From NCBI GenBank assembly GCA_016618085.1, contig JABLTG010000149.1:1-49139 (forward strand): a stretch of DNA of 49,139 nt. The letters are read 5' to 3'. Below the pieces are notes generated by a model. The model did no database searches and was not told where the DNA came from. It saw only the letters and a list, made by a program, of their open reading frames with translations. Both the position numbers and the translations under genes were made by a program. The DNA comes from Neovahlkampfia damariscottae. Taxonomy: Eukaryota. Shown here one piece after another: positions 46,439 through 49,139 of this stretch (positions are counted from its first letter, which is position 1; the number at the start of each line of letters is the position of its first letter).

Positions 46439-49039
46439 ATGTCCGAAAACAAAATCGAAGTGAAAAGAATCAAAATTTCTCATTACATTGAAAACGATAA
46501 TAAAACGAGAACCTATTTAACAAAAAATGGTGTGGCTACAAATTTTCTGAAAAAAAATCCAAGTTACGTCAACGAAATAAAAAAAATTGACCCAAACATC
46601 AACTTAACAAATATAAAAATTATAGAAAAACCAGAAGAAATTTACAACGGAATTATTAAGTCGCCAAAACATGATGATTTTTATTTAGAAATGCCAAACG
46701 GAAAAGTTTATCTTTATAAAAATAAAAAATTTACCAACAAAATGAATAACTGGAAAGATAAAAGAGAAAAAGAAGATTATATTGATGCTATTGAAAATTA
46801 TTTAGGAAAAAAGACTAAAGTTAGTTTTTCTGTTTATGTTTTTGCCAGAGAAGATAAAACTAAAGATCCAAGTGTTTATTATGAAACTTATAAAACCAAA
46901 GATCATAGAGTCATCAGAAAATACAATGTAACTGGATATCTTTCAGACACCAAAAAAAATCAGCTAATAACAGAATTCAAAGCAAACAAGTCATCATTAA
47001 AAGATTCAAGAAAAATTGAAGATTACAAATGGTTGTTAGATATGTTAAGAAATACAAAAACCTTTGATCACATGAATGCGATTGAAAGTTTAATTGAGTA
47101 TATCAAAGTTACAGATTTACAAACAATGGAACCAGATGAAGATTTTGATTTAAAAACAACTATGTTAAAAAACCAAGAAAAATTTATAGAACCAAAAATT
47201 AATCATGATTTCATTGAATATTCAGCCAAAACAATCAAAGACCTCCAAAATTACAAATTAAATGAATATCTTTTGAATAACTTCCAAAGTGAATCTTGTG
47301 TTTACACAACTTTAATAAAACTTTATCAAATCCATTTTGATCTCACTTACCAATCATTATTCAACTACTTTCACCAACAAGAGTTAAACGAAGTCGGTAT
47401 CACTTGTAACGCAGTAGGAAAATATTATATTTTAGATTCAAGCAATAACAAAAAATACATTTTTCAAAATCAACAATTTACAACTTATTTCAAAAAACTC
47501 GGAAAGAAGAAACAAGAAGAATTTAAAAAATTAATCCATTCCAAGTTGGAAAGACAAGAAAAAATGGACTTTTCTCTTTCAGTTGAACAGTTAAAAAAAT
47601 TCTTTGTTGAATATAATTTGAAAATGACTATTTTGGACATCCACGGAAACGTTGTTGATAAACACCACCCAACCAAGGAAGGAAAAGGTTCAGAAAGATC
47701 AGATTTATCTACAAGACATTTTAAAGGACTTGTTTCAAATAACCATCTTTATCAAATAACTAACAGATTGGAAACAATAGACGGTGAAATTTCAAACTCA
47801 ATTGAAGAACTAGCTCAAACTATCAAGACTTCTGATAAATATTACATGAGAAAGAATAAATTTATTGAAGAATTTTTAACCAACGTTGAAGAACTCCTCA
47901 GCTATCCATTTGAAGAAAACAAATTTTATAAATTCTTTTCAGTTGTTAAACTTGATGATATTCTTCACTGGTTCAAAGAAAAAATTAAATATCATCCTCA
48001 TGTGACAATGGTTGACCAAATAACCAAAATAACGATTAAAATTAACAAGTCCATTGCAATTTTTGTTCCATTTAACGCTGGTTTAAGTGATGAAGTTGCT
48101 GAATTTGGTAAAACCTCAATAGAATACATGAAGTTGTTTGTAAAACAAGGAAAAGAATTTGAAGATGCTTTAATCAATTACAAATATATTTCAACTTATG
48201 AAGAAAGTTTAATCAAAAATTTAATAAGTTTTCCAATAAATGCACCAATTGGGTTATTTACCAACGTGAAATCTCAGATTTCACAAAGAGAAAAAATATT
48301 CAAATTAGATATGACAAAGGCATATTCCAGCGTCTTGTATAATTCAAAATTTATTCCTGCAGCAACACCATTTGATGGATTTAAAGAATATAATTTTGAA
48401 CCGATTGTTGACCATCATATTTACATTATTTCACTTGATAATCATGATGCATTATTTTCAAATCAAAAAAATAGAATCATATTTGGAGTTAATTTAAAGA
48501 AAATCAAAAACTTATTTACAAATTTTACGGATTTCCGTGAAATCTTAGATTTCACAATTACTCATATTTGTGCTTTAAACAAATATATTCCAAATAATGA
48601 AATTCCAAAAGCAATTGATAAAGTAAAAGATTCTGGATTAGAAACAGCAGATTGGAAATTCATTTTAAATAAAACAATTGGGTTAACAGGAAAAAAATAT
48701 AATCAAGGGAAACTCAGTTATTTATTTGATAATCTTGATGAAGCAAATACACTTTCAGAAAGCTCTGAATGTTTTCCAAAAGAAATAATCATAAAGAATG
48801 AAAATTCAGAATTAATTAAAAAATATTATTATAGTGAAATACAAGGTGAAAAACTTCAATTAGAAAATGGGTTTTACTTGATTCAAGCATTAATTTATGA
48901 TACAATAAGGACTGATTTAACTGTTCTCGCTAACAAATTGGAAGAATTAAATTGTGAAGTGATTGGTGTCAGAACTGATTGCTTATATTGGTTTTTGTTT
49001 TGGTATGCGAAGTCACTTCGCGATAAAAAATTTTTTTGA
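46439..49039 (+). mobile_element. Polinton/virus-type family B DNA polymerase, 3'-truncated (endogenous viral element)
   Basis: Intronless 866-aa ORF with palm motifs A LDMTKAYSS, B KFILNKTIG and C GVRTDCLY; ends only about 16 codons after motif C. Confidence 0.8.
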
Positions 49040-49139
49040 TTGGTTGAAAATTATCAAAAGAAATGTCTCAATTTGAGGTGAAATATTTGTTATTTGCAAA
49101 TCAAATTACATAAGAAATCAAGTAATTTTGAAGAATAAA

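Overview
This is a very AT-rich, gene-dense eukaryotic nuclear segment in the standard genetic code. It has about 35 protein genes, intergenic gaps mostly under 200 bp, tiny GT-AG introns (about 28-41 nt) and a CCAAT/ATTGG box in almost every promoter. The style is that of a free-living protist; a heterolobosean/discoban amoeba is my inference only. Most genes are housekeeping: M28 aminopeptidase, PTC7, ALG2, PARG, VPS8, pyrophosphatase, SGT2, panC, coilin, TFIIIA-like, mtIF3, mtHsp70, MetAP, KynB-like cyclase, coactosin, MPP-alpha/core 2 and CLPTM1. Both ends carry mobile or virus-like DNA. At the left edge, missed by the ORF track, is the C-terminus of a TnpB/Fanzor RNA-guided nuclease (CxxC...RDYNGARNI), overlapped by a GC-enriched hairpin-rich segment resembling an omegaRNA scaffold. 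At the right edge is a truncated Polinton/virus-type family B DNA polymerase head-to-head with a DNase I-like EEP nuclease. Internal oddities include a GNAT gene behind an upstream ORF ending TGG-TTT-TAG (antizyme-like +1 frameshift geometry), an apparently circularly permuted PhyH dioxygenase, a 5-nt microexon inside a metal-binding motif, several unusual domain fusions and two or three decaying genes. All calls come from manual motif reading; no database search was run.
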